Part shown: positions 47,571 through 57,503 of the stretch, piece after piece
How positions within the stretch are numbered: position 1 is the first letter of the stretch
Layout: each line of letters starts with the position of its first letter
Origin: Alphaproteobacteria bacterium
GTDB lineage: Bacteria; Pseudomonadota; Alphaproteobacteria; Caulobacterales; Parvularculaceae
Length of the DNA: 64,000 bases
Assembly: GCA_030428745.1 (NCBI GenBank)
Contig: JAUIEG010000001.1
Location: forward strand, 43,815-107,814
Direction: 5' to 3'
Translations under genes and position numbers: made by a program
Notes under the pieces: generated by a model
What the model saw: the letters and a program-made list of their open reading frames with translations, nothing else
Database searches by the model: none
Told to the model about the DNA's origin: nothing

Positions 47571-49649
47571 ATGGGTGCAGTAAAAACATTGCGTGCAGGG
47601 CTTTTTCTCGGGATTTTAGGGGTTGCGGGCTGCGAGGGGTTGCCCGCCGCCGGTCAGGCCAAAGCGGAACCAGCAGGCCCCGCGATCGTTCCCGCACAGG
47701 CCGAACTTCCGGCCACCGAACATGATGGCGCGAATATGGCGGCCATCATCGCGGACGCATCTGGCGGCGCCTTTGTTCTTGGTACGGACGAGCTTGGCGG
47801 CGTTAATATTTATTCGGCTGACGGAGAAAAGATCGGAAATATCGCCGCTGGCGACGCCGACTCCATCGACGTCCGGTACGGCTTCGGCTTGGGCGGCAAA
47901 CCGGAAACCATCATCGCGATTCTCGACGCCGCGGCCAATCAACTGCGTTTCTTTACATTTGCCGATGGCAAAGCGACCGACGTAACGGGCTCGCCCGTCG
48001 TCAGCGATTTCGCAGCGCAGGGCCTGTGTCTCCACAGGGACGCTACGGACCGCAATCTCTACGCCTTCGTCGTCGGCGACGAAGGCGAGATCGATCAATG
48101 GCTGCTTTACGATGATGGAAAAGGCAAAGTCACCGGGCGTGTGGCTCGACGTCTCAATCTCGCGTCGGAAATCGGATATTGCGCGACAAATGACCGGACC
48201 GGCGACTTTTATGCATCTGAACAGGCTGTCGGGGTCTGGCGCTTTGCCGCGAACCCGGAAACAGATGCCGCGCCGGAAATTATCGATATTAAACGCTTCG
48301 GCAATATCGACGACGAAGTGGGCGGGCTTGCCGTGATCAGCGGCGGCGCGGCCGGGGATTACCTGCTGGCGTCAAACGCTTCCGCCAACACTATTAACCT
48401 CTACGATATCGGCAATGATCATGCTTTTGTCGGCTCCGTCGGCATCGGCGGAAAAGGCGATATAGACGGGGTCGAGGAACCCGGCGGGCTATTCGGGTTC
48501 AACCGCCCGCTGGAGGGCGCGCCGAAAGGCCTGCTGGTCGTCTCCGACGACGACAATGGCGATGAATTGACCAATTACAAACTTGTTTCGCTCGGCGCCA
48601 TCTCCGGCGCGCTCGGCGTCGATTTCGGCAGCGCGCCCGATGAAGCGACCGCGGCAACCTCCCAGATTGCAACAGTGTTTCCAGTCGTCGAGTCGGCGCC
48701 GGTTGATAATCCGGGCGACGCGGCCGATGATCCGGCGATCTGGGTGCATCCCAAAGATCCTTCGCTCAGCACTGTGATCGGCACGGAAAAGCAATCTGGC
48801 CTATTCGTTTACGATCTCTCGGGGAAGGTCATTCAGTATCTTGCGGACGGCAAGATGAACAATGTGGATTTACGCAGCGGGTTTTTGCTCAACGGCAAAG
48901 AAGTCACGCTTGTCACCGCGAGCAACCGAACCGACAAATCCTTGTCAATCTACGCTATCGACGAGACCACGCGCAAGCTTGTCAATGTCGCCGACGGTCT
49001 CCAGGATACGGGCATGATCGATCCCTATGGATCGTGCATGTATAAGAGCAACGACGGCGCCATATACGCCATCATCAACGACTCCGACGGCAATGTGAAA
49101 CAATGGGCCTTGCGTGAAAGCCGCAAGGGCCGCGTTTCAGCCGAACTGATGCGGGAATTTTCGGTGGGATCGCAGACGGAAGGCTGCGTCGCTGACGACA
49201 AGCGCGGCGTTCTCTTCATTGGCGAGGAAGCGGTCGGCGTATGGAAGTATGGCGCGGACCCAGAAAGCGGCGATGCGCGAGAAGCCGTGGTTATGGCGGC
49301 GGATGATGACGCCCTCACCCCGGACGTCGAAGGCATGTCCATCTATCATGGCGAAAACGGTGACGGGTATCTCGTCGTTTCAAGTCAGGGCAGCAACAGT
49401 TATGTGTTGTACGACCTCGCGCCTCCACACGCCTATGCTGGATCTTTTGCGGTGATCGCAGATGGCGCGCGCGGCATTGACGGCGCATCGGAAACTGACG
49501 GGCTTGACGTGACGAGCGCCAATCTCGGCGGCGCTTTTCCGAAGGGTCTCCTCGTTGTGCAGGATGGCCGGAACATGCTTCCGCCCGAAACCCAGAACTT
49601 CAAGTTCGTATCCTGGACAGACATCGAACAAGCGCTGGACCTCGAATAG
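47571..49649 (+). CDS. Tandem beta-propeller phytase, probable lipoprotein
   Basis: Lipobox VAGC; C-domain DAADDPAIWVHP, NNVDLR, QTEGCVAD, DVEG, ETDG, VQDG; degenerate N-terminal propeller. Confidence 0.9.
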   Translation: MGAVKTLRAGLFLGILGVAGCEGLPAAGQAKAEPAGPAIVPAQAELPATEHDGANMAAIIADASGGAFVLGTDELGGVNIYSADGEKIGNIAAGDADSIDVRYGFGLGGKPETIIAILDAAANQLRFFTFADGKATDVTGSPVVSDFAAQGLCLHRDATDRNLYAFVVGDEGEIDQWLLYDDGKGKVTGRVARRLNLASEIGYCATNDRTGDFYASEQAVGVWRFAANPETDAAPEIIDIKRFGNIDDEVGGLAVISGGAAGDYLLASNASANTINLYDIGNDHAFVGSVGIGGKGDIDGVEEPGGLFGFNRPLEGAPKGLLVVSDDDNGDELTNYKLVSLGAISGALGVDFGSAPDEATAATSQIATVFPVVESAPVDNPGDAADDPAIWVHPKDPSLSTVIGTEKQSGLFVYDLSGKVIQYLADGKMNNVDLRSGFLLNGKEVTLVTASNRTDKSLSIYAIDETTRKLVNVADGLQDTGMIDPYGSCMYKSNDGAIYAIINDSDGNVKQWALRESRKGRVSAELMREFSVGSQTEGCVADDKRGVLFIGEEAVGVWKYGADPESGDAREAVVMAADDDALTPDVEGMSIYHGENGDGYLVVSSQGSNSYVLYDLAPPHAYAGSFAVIADGARGIDGASETDGLDVTSANLGGAFPKGLLVVQDGRNMLPPETQNFKFVSWTDIEQALDLE

Positions 49650-49677
49650 TCCGCCGTCAGAAAGCAAGGAGTCTGTT

Positions 49678-51180
49678 ATGACGGAGCCAGTTGTAAATGC
49701 GCGCATCGCGTGCCGCACCTTACTGAAAAGCGCGGCGCTCGCCGCGCTCGCCGCCGCCGCCGGATGCGCGGAAATCGGCGCTCCAGGTCCCCTCGCGACG
49801 CAAGCCCATTCACATCAGCCGGACAGGGCGAAAAACGTCATTATTTTCATCGGCGACGGCATGGGCGTGAGCACGGTCACCGGCATCCGCATTCTCGCCG
49901 GCCAGATGCAGGGCGACACGGGAGAAGAACACGTTCTCTCCTGGGAAACTTTTCCCAATGTGGCGTTGTCGAAAACCTACAACACCAACCAGCAGGTGCC
50001 AGATTCCGCCGGCACCGCGACGTCCATCATGAGCGGCGTCAAGACCAAGGCCGGCTTTATCGGCGTTGGACCTGCGCCAAAACGCACGGAATGTGACGTA
50101 TCGTTACGCCATCATCTCACCACCGTTCTGGAAGAAGCCGAAAACCGCGGCCTTTCGACCGGCGTCGTGACCACCGCTCGCCTAACTCACGCAACGCCGG
50201 CGTCGACATATGCGCATGTCCCGGAACGCGACTGGGAAGCCGATGCGGACATGCCCGCCGAGGCGCTGGCGCAAGGCTGCAAGGACATTGCAAGCCAACT
50301 TATCGACACTGTGGCAGGCGACGGTGTTGAAGTGGCGATGGGCGGCGGGCGCGCCAATTTCCTTCCGGAATCGGTCTCAGATCCGGAATATGAAAGCAAA
50401 AAAGGCAAGCGCAAAGATGGACGCAATCTGCCAGAGGAGTGGGTGCGTCGGGACGGAGCCGCCTATGCCTGGAACGAAGCGCAATTCAATGCGGTCGATT
50501 CATCTTCGACAAAGCATTTGCTGGGCCTTTTTGAACCGGGACACATGAAATTCTCATTGAACCGCCCCGAGGACAAAAGCGGCGAACCCTCGCTCTCGGC
50601 GATGACCGAAAAAGCAATTGAGATTCTTGGCAAGAACGAACAAGGATATTTCCTGCTTGTCGAAGGCGGACGAATTGATCACGGCCATCACGAGGGCATT
50701 GCGGCCCACGCACTTCACGATGGCGTCGCCATGGCCGAAGCCGTGGCCATGGCGGACAAGCTAACTTCCGACGATGATACGCTGATCATCGTCACCGCAG
50801 ACCACAGCCACACTTTTACACTTGCCGGCTATCCGACGCGCGGCAATCCGATCCTCGGCAAGGTTATCGGCAATGACGATCTTGGCGAGCCGAACGCAAA
50901 TTATGACCTCCTTGACGACGGCCTTCCCTATACGTCTGCCGGATACCAGAATGGGCCCGGCGCCGTGGATTCGCTCCCCCGTCCCGACCTGACAAATATC
51001 GACACGGAAGCGGAGACCTTCCACCAGCAATCGCTGATCCCGCGGTCCAGCGAAACCCATGGCGGCGAAGACGTCGCCGTCTACGCAAAGGGTCCCGGCG
51101 CAGAGCGCGCCCGCGGCGTCCTAGAGCAGAACGAAATCCACGACATCATGACGAAGGCGCTCGGCTTAAACGACGAATAA
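49678..51180 (+). CDS. phoA: Alkaline phosphatase (PhoA type), probable lipoprotein
   Basis: NVIIFIGDGMG, VPDSAGTAT, THATPA, EGGRIDHGHH, TADHSH, ETHGGEDV. Confidence 0.92.
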   Translation: MTEPVVNARIACRTLLKSAALAALAAAAGCAEIGAPGPLATQAHSHQPDRAKNVIIFIGDGMGVSTVTGIRILAGQMQGDTGEEHVLSWETFPNVALSKTYNTNQQVPDSAGTATSIMSGVKTKAGFIGVGPAPKRTECDVSLRHHLTTVLEEAENRGLSTGVVTTARLTHATPASTYAHVPERDWEADADMPAEALAQGCKDIASQLIDTVAGDGVEVAMGGGRANFLPESVSDPEYESKKGKRKDGRNLPEEWVRRDGAAYAWNEAQFNAVDSSSTKHLLGLFEPGHMKFSLNRPEDKSGEPSLSAMTEKAIEILGKNEQGYFLLVEGGRIDHGHHEGIAAHALHDGVAMAEAVAMADKLTSDDDTLIIVTADHSHTFTLAGYPTRGNPILGKVIGNDDLGEPNANYDLLDDGLPYTSAGYQNGPGAVDSLPRPDLTNIDTEAETFHQQSLIPRSSETHGGEDVAVYAKGPGAERARGVLEQNEIHDIMTKALGLNDE

Positions 51181-51194
51181 GCGCTGACCGTCAG

Positions 51195-52400
51195 ATGCCC
51201 TTTCCTTTTCGCCTTGACGCGCTGGCTCCGCCTTCGCCGCGGCAGGTAATATGCCGGCGCATCCTGCGCTTGGGGGGCGTTTTACTAGGCGGCGCCGCAA
51301 TTGCGCTCGCTCAGGCGCACGCCCAGAGCGCGCTGACAATCGACCCTGGAGGCAGGGTTCATGTGGATGCGCTCAGTTCTTTTGCCGACGCAGGCGCGCC
51401 GGCCTCGTACAAACTGGCGCTACGGCGTGCAAGACTCGGACTGGCGGCAAGCGTCGGGGACGAATGGGTAATCGACAGCGAGATCAATGTCAGTGACGAC
51501 GGCTCCGTGGACGCCAAATCAGTATTTATTCAATACGCTCCGCGAGGAAGCGTTTTCAGTTTCCTGGTCGGTCAGGTCAAAACGCCCAACTCCTTCGACG
51601 AAATGAATTCATCCAACTATGCGACCTTTAATGAACGCGCAGAATTCACGCGCGCCTTCGAATTCGACCGGGCCCTCGGCGGCGCCGTTGCATACAGCGA
51701 TGGAAGTCGCACCGTCACCGCAGGGATTTTTGCGGAGAATATCAATGACGGCGCGTTCAGCGGCGGATACGCCGCGGGAGCGCGTGCAACAGCGGCGCCG
51801 ATTATGACCGAAGCGCGCACGCTTCACCTCGGCGCATCAGTGCGTTATCGCGAAGCGGGCGACAAACAACGCTTCGACTATGATTTGAGACCAACGACGC
51901 CGGCCTCAGCCACGCCATCCCTGGACGCAGGCGTTCGGTCGTCATCCGATATATTCCTCGGGGCCGAGGCGGTTTTGCTCGCCGGCAATATCTGGGCCGC
52001 TGGAGAGGTCGCGTATCTTGACACTGAATCAGGCCCGTCGAACGGCGACGACGTGTTTCACGGCGGCTATGTCGAAGCGGGGTTCTCTCTCGGCGGGAGT
52101 CAGACCTACAAAAATGGGAAGCTAGGCGCTCGTGAAATCGAGGCCACAGTGTTCGAAGACGGTCCGGGCGCACTCTTCGCCGCTATTCGTTATGATCACA
52201 TCGATCTTGCGCGCGCCAATGGCGGCTCCAGCCGGCAGACGCTGAAATTGGGTATCGACTGGTTTGCGAGTGACGAGCTCGCCTTGCGCTTCAACATCTT
52301 TACAGCGCGGACGCAGGGCGAAGCCTTGCTCTCTTCCCCTTTCTCCAAAGAAGCGCGGAGGGATACCGGAGCCTCCTTGCGCACGCAAATCCTGTTTTGA
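51195..52400 (+). CDS. OprO/OprP-family phosphate-selective porin
   Basis: GGRVHVD, LRRARLG, GQVKTP, FNERA, LHLGAS, terminal F. Confidence 0.75.
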   Translation: MPFPFRLDALAPPSPRQVICRRILRLGGVLLGGAAIALAQAHAQSALTIDPGGRVHVDALSSFADAGAPASYKLALRRARLGLAASVGDEWVIDSEINVSDDGSVDAKSVFIQYAPRGSVFSFLVGQVKTPNSFDEMNSSNYATFNERAEFTRAFEFDRALGGAVAYSDGSRTVTAGIFAENINDGAFSGGYAAGARATAAPIMTEARTLHLGASVRYREAGDKQRFDYDLRPTTPASATPSLDAGVRSSSDIFLGAEAVLLAGNIWAAGEVAYLDTESGPSNGDDVFHGGYVEAGFSLGGSQTYKNGKLGAREIEATVFEDGPGALFAAIRYDHIDLARANGGSSRQTLKLGIDWFASDELALRFNIFTARTQGEALLSSPFSKEARRDTGASLRTQILF

Positions 52401-52416
52401 GGCTGATGCGCCGACG

Positions 52417-53910
52417 CTAATCCATGATCGGCATAGCGTAGCTCGATTCCATCACGTCATTGGGCCAGCGCTGCGTGACTGTCTTCATCTTGGTCCAGAA
52501 GCGCACGCCCTCCGATCCGTGCTGATTTGTGTCGCCAAAGCCGGAGCGCTTCCAGCCGCCAAATGAATAAAATGAAAGCGGCACCGGAATGGGGATGTTC
52601 ACGCCCACCATGCCGACATTAACGCGCGCCGCAAATTCTCGCGCCGCAGCGCCGTTGCGCGTGAAGATCGCAACACCGTTTCCGTATTGGTGTTCGGATG
52701 GAAGCCTGACGGCCGTTTCGAAATCCGGCGCGCGCACCACTTGCAGCACGGGGCCGAAGATTTCGTCCTTGTAAGAGGTCATGTCCGGGGTGACGCGGTC
52801 AAACAGGCTGCCGCCAAGATAGTAGCCGTCTTCATGTCCCTGCAGCTTCATTTCCCGGCCATCAACGACAAGATCGGCTCCTTCCCTGACGCCCATGTCG
52901 ATATATCCACGCACGCGGTCCAGATGCTGGCGGCTCACGAGCGGCCCAACATCAGAATCGTCGTCGAAGGGATGGCCGATTTTCAGTTTCTCGATACGCG
53001 GCTTCAGAAGATCAATCAGCTTTTCAGCCGTGTCATCACCCACCGGAACCGCCACAGGCGTCGCCATGCAGCGTTCGCCCGCTGAACCAAAGGCCCCGCC
53101 AATAAGCTGATTTGCAGCGTTCTCGAGATCCGCGTCGGGCAGCACGATGAGGTGGTTCTTTGCCCCGCCAAAGGCTTGCACGCGCTTGCCGCGCGCGGCG
53201 CAAGCCGAATAGATCGACTGGGCGATATCTGACGAACCAACAAAACTCACGGCGCTGACATCCCGATGCGCGATGAGCGCTTCAACCGCCTCCTTATCGC
53301 CATTGAGAACATTCAAAACGCCTTCCGGCGCGCCCGCCTCAAGAAGCAATTCCGCCAGCCGCAGAGGCGCTGACGGATCGCGCTCCGATGGCTTGCAAAT
53401 GAATGTATTGCCGCACGCGATAGCAACGCCGAACATCCACATGGGGATCATCGCCGGGAAGTTAAAAGGCGTGATGCCCACGCCGACGCCAAGCGGCTGG
53501 CGCATGGAATAAACGTCAATTCCCGTGCCGGCGCTTTCCGTGTACTCGCCCTTCTGCAAATGGGGAATGCCGCAGGCGAATTCGATAACCTCGAGACCGC
53601 GTTGAACGTCGCCGCGCGCATCGGCGAGAACCTTGCCATGTTCAGCGGAAATCAATCTCGCAAGATTCTCCATGTCTTTTTCGAGAAGATCCTTGAACTT
53701 GAACATCACCCGCGCGCGCCGTTGTGGATTGACGGATGACCAGGAAGGAAATGCTGCAACCGCCGACGCAACCGCCGCGTCGACCTCATCAATAGAAGCT
53801 AGCGCGACCCGCCCCTGTGCTACGCCCTTGGTTGGGTCCATGATTTCGGAATAACGTCCGGAAATGCCGGGGGTCTCCCGGCCATTGATAAAATGACCTC
53901 GTTCAAACAT
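52417..53910 (-). CDS. iolA: CoA-acylating (methyl)malonate-semialdehyde dehydrogenase
   Basis: TPFNFPAMIP, KPSERDP, GGAKNH, GSAGERCMA, EIFGPV. Confidence 0.92.
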   Translation of the reverse strand: MFERGHFINGRETPGISGRYSEIMDPTKGVAQGRVALASIDEVDAAVASAVAAFPSWSSVNPQRRARVMFKFKDLLEKDMENLARLISAEHGKVLADARGDVQRGLEVIEFACGIPHLQKGEYTESAGTGIDVYSMRQPLGVGVGITPFNFPAMIPMWMFGVAIACGNTFICKPSERDPSAPLRLAELLLEAGAPEGVLNVLNGDKEAVEALIAHRDVSAVSFVGSSDIAQSIYSACAARGKRVQAFGGAKNHLIVLPDADLENAANQLIGGAFGSAGERCMATPVAVPVGDDTAEKLIDLLKPRIEKLKIGHPFDDDSDVGPLVSRQHLDRVRGYIDMGVREGADLVVDGREMKLQGHEDGYYLGGSLFDRVTPDMTSYKDEIFGPVLQVVRAPDFETAVRLPSEHQYGNGVAIFTRNGAAAREFAARVNVGMVGVNIPIPVPLSFYSFGGWKRSGFGDTNQHGSEGVRFWTKMKTVTQRWPNDVMESSYAMPIMD

Positions 53911-53939
53911 GCCTTCACCTGTCTATTGGCGTTTTGGAT

Positions 53940-54743
53940 TCAGCGCCTGATGATCCATTCATGCGCGGGATCGTTATGGATCAACCAGGTGCGCTTCGGC
54001 CCCGCCATAACGTTGAGATAATACATGTCATACCCATGCGGCGCGCCGACAGGATGATATCCCTTCGGCACCATCACCACGTCGCCGTCCTCCACGCAGA
54101 CAGTTTCGTCGATCGAGCGGTCGTCGGTGTAAACGCGCTGAAAGCCGAAACCCTGTTTCGGCTTCATGCGGTAGTAGTAGGTTTCTTCCAGCGCCGATTC
54201 TGACGGGACATTATCGCTGTCATGTTTGTGCGGCGGATAGCTCGACCAATTTCCCGATGGCGTGATGACTTCCGCAATCAGCAGGCTGTCAGCCGGTTCC
54301 GTCTCAGGCAGCACGTTGCGCACTACGCGTGAGTTGGACCCTGCGCCTCTCTCCTCCACACTGATGGCGGAAGGCCTAATGAGCCGCGGCTCGAGTCTCG
54401 ACCAACCGGGCGCCGTGCAGATAGCCACCTCAAGATCGGTCACGGCTTTGACCTCACAAATTGCATCGGCGGGCGCATAAACGGCAAAGGGAGCGACATC
54501 ATCAAAAACGCTGTCGCGTTCGCCAATGACGCCAAAGTCAAGTTCGTCGATCTTCACCTTCGCGCGGCCAGACAAAATGACGAGACAGGATTCGCGATCT
54601 TTAAGCGCATGGCGGAAACCTCCGCCTTCAGCGCAATGATGAACCGAAAAACCAACATACTTCCAACCGGCGCTTTCAGGCGTTATCGTGAGGACGCGGC
54701 CGTCCTTGTCCGGAATGCTTGAACGAATTTTCAAACCAGCCAT
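53940..54743 (-). CDS. iolB: 5-deoxy-glucuronate isomerase
   Basis: GNWSSYPPHKHD, LEETYY, GYHPV, YYLNVMAGP. Confidence 0.95.
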   Translation of the reverse strand: MAGLKIRSSIPDKDGRVLTITPESAGWKYVGFSVHHCAEGGGFRHALKDRESCLVILSGRAKVKIDELDFGVIGERDSVFDDVAPFAVYAPADAICEVKAVTDLEVAICTAPGWSRLEPRLIRPSAISVEERGAGSNSRVVRNVLPETEPADSLLIAEVITPSGNWSSYPPHKHDSDNVPSESALEETYYYRMKPKQGFGFQRVYTDDRSIDETVCVEDGDVVMVPKGYHPVGAPHGYDMYYLNVMAGPKRTWLIHNDPAHEWIIRR

Positions 54744-54761
54744 GGCTATTCCTTCCTGCCC

Positions 54762-55652
54762 TCAGGCGCCAAGACCGGCGCGCGCGGCAAGTTTCTTCAA
54801 AGTTTCAAGCCCCTTCAAAGCGTATTCCTTCGGGGGAGCTTTGACCGGATCTTGTTCGGCTTCAACGATGATCCAGCCGCTATAATCAATCTCCTTCAGG
54901 GCCGCGAAAATGGACGTAAAATCGAGGTTTCCGTCGCCGGGCACGGTAAACATTCCCGCCATGACTCCGTCGAGAAAACTCTCGCCGCCTTCGAGAACAC
55001 CTCTGAAGATTTCACGCCGAATATCTTTGCAATGCACATGCGCGATGCGTGACGGGTACGCACGGATGATCTCCGCCACCTCGACGCCGCCGCCGGCGGC
55101 ATGTCCAGCATCGAGCGTCAGTCCAACATTTTCATTCGTAAGCTCGAGAAACCTGTCAATATCCTGGCGCTTCTCAACCACCGTGCCGAGATGATGGTGG
55201 TAGGCGAGCCGCAACCCCTCGCCCGCAATGTAGTCCCCCACCGCAGACATTCGTTCGCAGAAAACCCGCCATTCGTCGTCGCTGATCTGTGGCTGCCGCT
55301 GCAGCGCGACCTCCTGATCGCCGTGAATAGCATTACTCGTCTCTGCAATGATAAAGACACGGCATCCCAAATCCTTCAGTAAGGCGAGATGATCCCGCAG
55401 CGCCGAAATCTCCTCCTTCACGGTGCGCGTCAGCAGTTTGGAGCTGTACCAGCCGCCGACAAGCTCAAGGTCATATTGCCTGAGAATCGACGCAAGCACA
55501 TTCGCCTGACGTGGAAACTTGCCGCCCAGCTCCACGCCATCGAAACCGACTTCGCGAATATCCTCAAGACAGGATTCAAGCGGCGTGTCCCCGCCGAGCG
55601 ACGGCAGATCGTCATTGGTCCAGGCAATCGGGCTAACGCCGTACTTAATCAC
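54762..55652 (-). CDS. iolE: myo-inosose-2 dehydratase
   Basis: PIAWTNDDLP, YHHHLGT, HVHCKD, FTVPGDG, VEAEQDP; GTG start overlapping iolD end. Confidence 0.93.
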   Translation of the reverse strand: MIKYGVSPIAWTNDDLPSLGGDTPLESCLEDIREVGFDGVELGGKFPRQANVLASILRQYDLELVGGWYSSKLLTRTVKEEISALRDHLALLKDLGCRVFIIAETSNAIHGDQEVALQRQPQISDDEWRVFCERMSAVGDYIAGEGLRLAYHHHLGTVVEKRQDIDRFLELTNENVGLTLDAGHAAGGGVEVAEIIRAYPSRIAHVHCKDIRREIFRGVLEGGESFLDGVMAGMFTVPGDGNLDFTSIFAALKEIDYSGWIIVEAEQDPVKAPPKEYALKGLETLKKLAARAGLGA

Positions 55653-57501
55653 GATGTCGATCCTTTTTGAGTTTGTCGAGCTCATCTTCATATTTGCGGC
55701 GCGCATCCATCACCTGCTTGCGCATGGATGTTGCCGGCACCGCCACATCCCACCAATGGCCGCCTGCCTCCGTGCTGATCTCCGGATCCGTATCGATAAC
55801 GATGACGGTTGTCTTCGAATGGCCCGCGGCATTTTTCAACGCCGCTTCGAGTTCGGTTATGCCTGAGACCTTGACCGCCTCCGCGCCAAGACTTCTGGCG
55901 TGCGCTGTAAAATCGATTTCAGGCTGCGCTTCATGAACCGAATCCCGGAAGAGATTGTTGAACGCGGCGCCCCCCGTCGCTTTTTGCAGACGGTTGATGC
56001 AGCCGAAGCCGCGATTGTCGAGCAGGATGATGGTGAGCTTTAATCCCAGAAGGACCGACGTTGCGAGCTCGGAATTAGCCATCATGTAGCTGCCGTCGCC
56101 GACCATCACGTAGACATCGCGTTCTGGCTGCGCCATTTTCACGCCAAGCCCGCCGGCGATTTCATAGCCCATGCAGGAATAGCCATACTCAACATGATAG
56201 CCGCCGGGTTTTCCAACGCGCCATAATTTGTGTAGCTCGCCCGGCAGTCCGCCCGCCGCGCAGACGACAATCGCATTTTCATCCACCGCGCGGTTCACCG
56301 CGCCGATCACCTGCGCATCGGAAGGCCGTGCAGCGCCATCGTCTTTAACCGCAGCCGCCGCCTTTTCATTCCATTCATCGCGCCAGCGGCTGACATTCGC
56401 AGCCCAGCTTGCCGATGGTTTCAAGCCGGTTAGCCTCGTTGAAAGCGCGGCAAGCGCGCTGCCCGCATCGCATATCACAGGCGCCGCATTATGTTTGACG
56501 CCGTCCATCGGCGAGACGTTAACCTGAAACAGTTGCTGGCCGCTTTTGCCGAACAGCGACCAGGAGCCGGTCGTAAAATCCTGAAGGCGGGTGCCGAGGC
56601 CGATAATGACGTCGGCATTTGCAGCTGCGTGGTTCGCCGCACTTGTCCCGGTCACCCCGATAGCGCCAAGATTAAATAGGTGATCCGCAATAAGCGTTCC
56701 TTTTCCTGCTTGCGTTTCGGCGACAGGAACGCGATGCGCATTCGCAAAGGCGGAAAGCGCCTCTTCGGCGCCGCTATAACGAACGCCGCCGCCCGCTATA
56801 ATGAGCGGTCTTTGCGCCTTGCGAAGGGCGTCGGAAAGGCTGTCAAGCTCAACAGGATCAGGTCCGGGAACGCGCACGCGCCAGACGCGTTTTTCAAAAA
56901 AGCTTTCCGGATAGTCGAATGCTTCAGCCTGCGTGTCCTGACAAAAGGCAAGCGTCGCCGGACCGCAGGCCGCAGGATCGGTCATCGCCGTCATGGCGCG
57001 CGGCAGCGCGTTCAATAATTGCTCCGGCCGTGCAATACGGTCAAAGTACACCGAGACAGGCCGGAAGCAGTCATTGGCCGTAACCGTTGCGTCATGAAAC
57101 GCTTCAATCTGCTGCAACACAGGGTCTGGCCGGCGGTTTGCAAAGACATCGCCGGGTACGAACAGCACTGGCAACCGGTTCACATGGGCGAGCGCCGCCG
57201 CTGTCACCATATTTGTCGCGCCGGGTCCGATAGATGTGGTGCAGACCATCGCCTGCCGGCGGCGCTTGGCCTTGGCGTAAGCGATGGCGGCGTGCGCCAT
57301 GGTCTGCTCATTATGGGCGCGATAGGTCGTCAGATGTTCGCGTTCGGCGTAAAGCGCCTCGCCGAGCGCCGAGACATTGCCATGGCCGAAGATCGCCCAG
57401 ACGCCTCCAAAAAAAGGCGCCTCGCCTTCTTCCGTTTCGATATGCTGCGCTCGCAAGTACCTGATGAGAGCCTGCGCTGCTGTCAGTCTGACGCTCGACA
57501 T
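55645..57501 (-). CDS. iolD: 3D-(3,5/4)-trihydroxycyclohexane-1,2-dione acylhydrolase
   Basis: AIFGHGNV, HNEQTMAH, EYGYSCMGYE, GDGSYMM, WWDVAVP. Confidence 0.95.
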   Translation of the reverse strand: MSSVRLTAAQALIRYLRAQHIETEEGEAPFFGGVWAIFGHGNVSALGEALYAEREHLTTYRAHNEQTMAHAAIAYAKAKRRRQAMVCTTSIGPGATNMVTAAALAHVNRLPVLFVPGDVFANRRPDPVLQQIEAFHDATVTANDCFRPVSVYFDRIARPEQLLNALPRAMTAMTDPAACGPATLAFCQDTQAEAFDYPESFFEKRVWRVRVPGPDPVELDSLSDALRKAQRPLIIAGGGVRYSGAEEALSAFANAHRVPVAETQAGKGTLIADHLFNLGAIGVTGTSAANHAAANADVIIGLGTRLQDFTTGSWSLFGKSGQQLFQVNVSPMDGVKHNAAPVICDAGSALAALSTRLTGLKPSASWAANVSRWRDEWNEKAAAAVKDDGAARPSDAQVIGAVNRAVDENAIVVCAAGGLPGELHKLWRVGKPGGYHVEYGYSCMGYEIAGGLGVKMAQPERDVYVMVGDGSYMMANSELATSVLLGLKLTIILLDNRGFGCINRLQKATGGAAFNNLFRDSVHEAQPEIDFTAHARSLGAEAVKVSGITELEAALKNAAGHSKTTVIVIDTDPEISTEAGGHWWDVAVPATSMRKQVMDARRKYEDELDKLKKDRHRD

Positions 57502-57503
57502 GA

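Noticed and set aside
49678-49760. Tat signal on alkaline phosphatase (CRTLLK)
   Set aside because: Only one Arg at the twin position. A Sec lipoprotein signal (AAGC) explains it.
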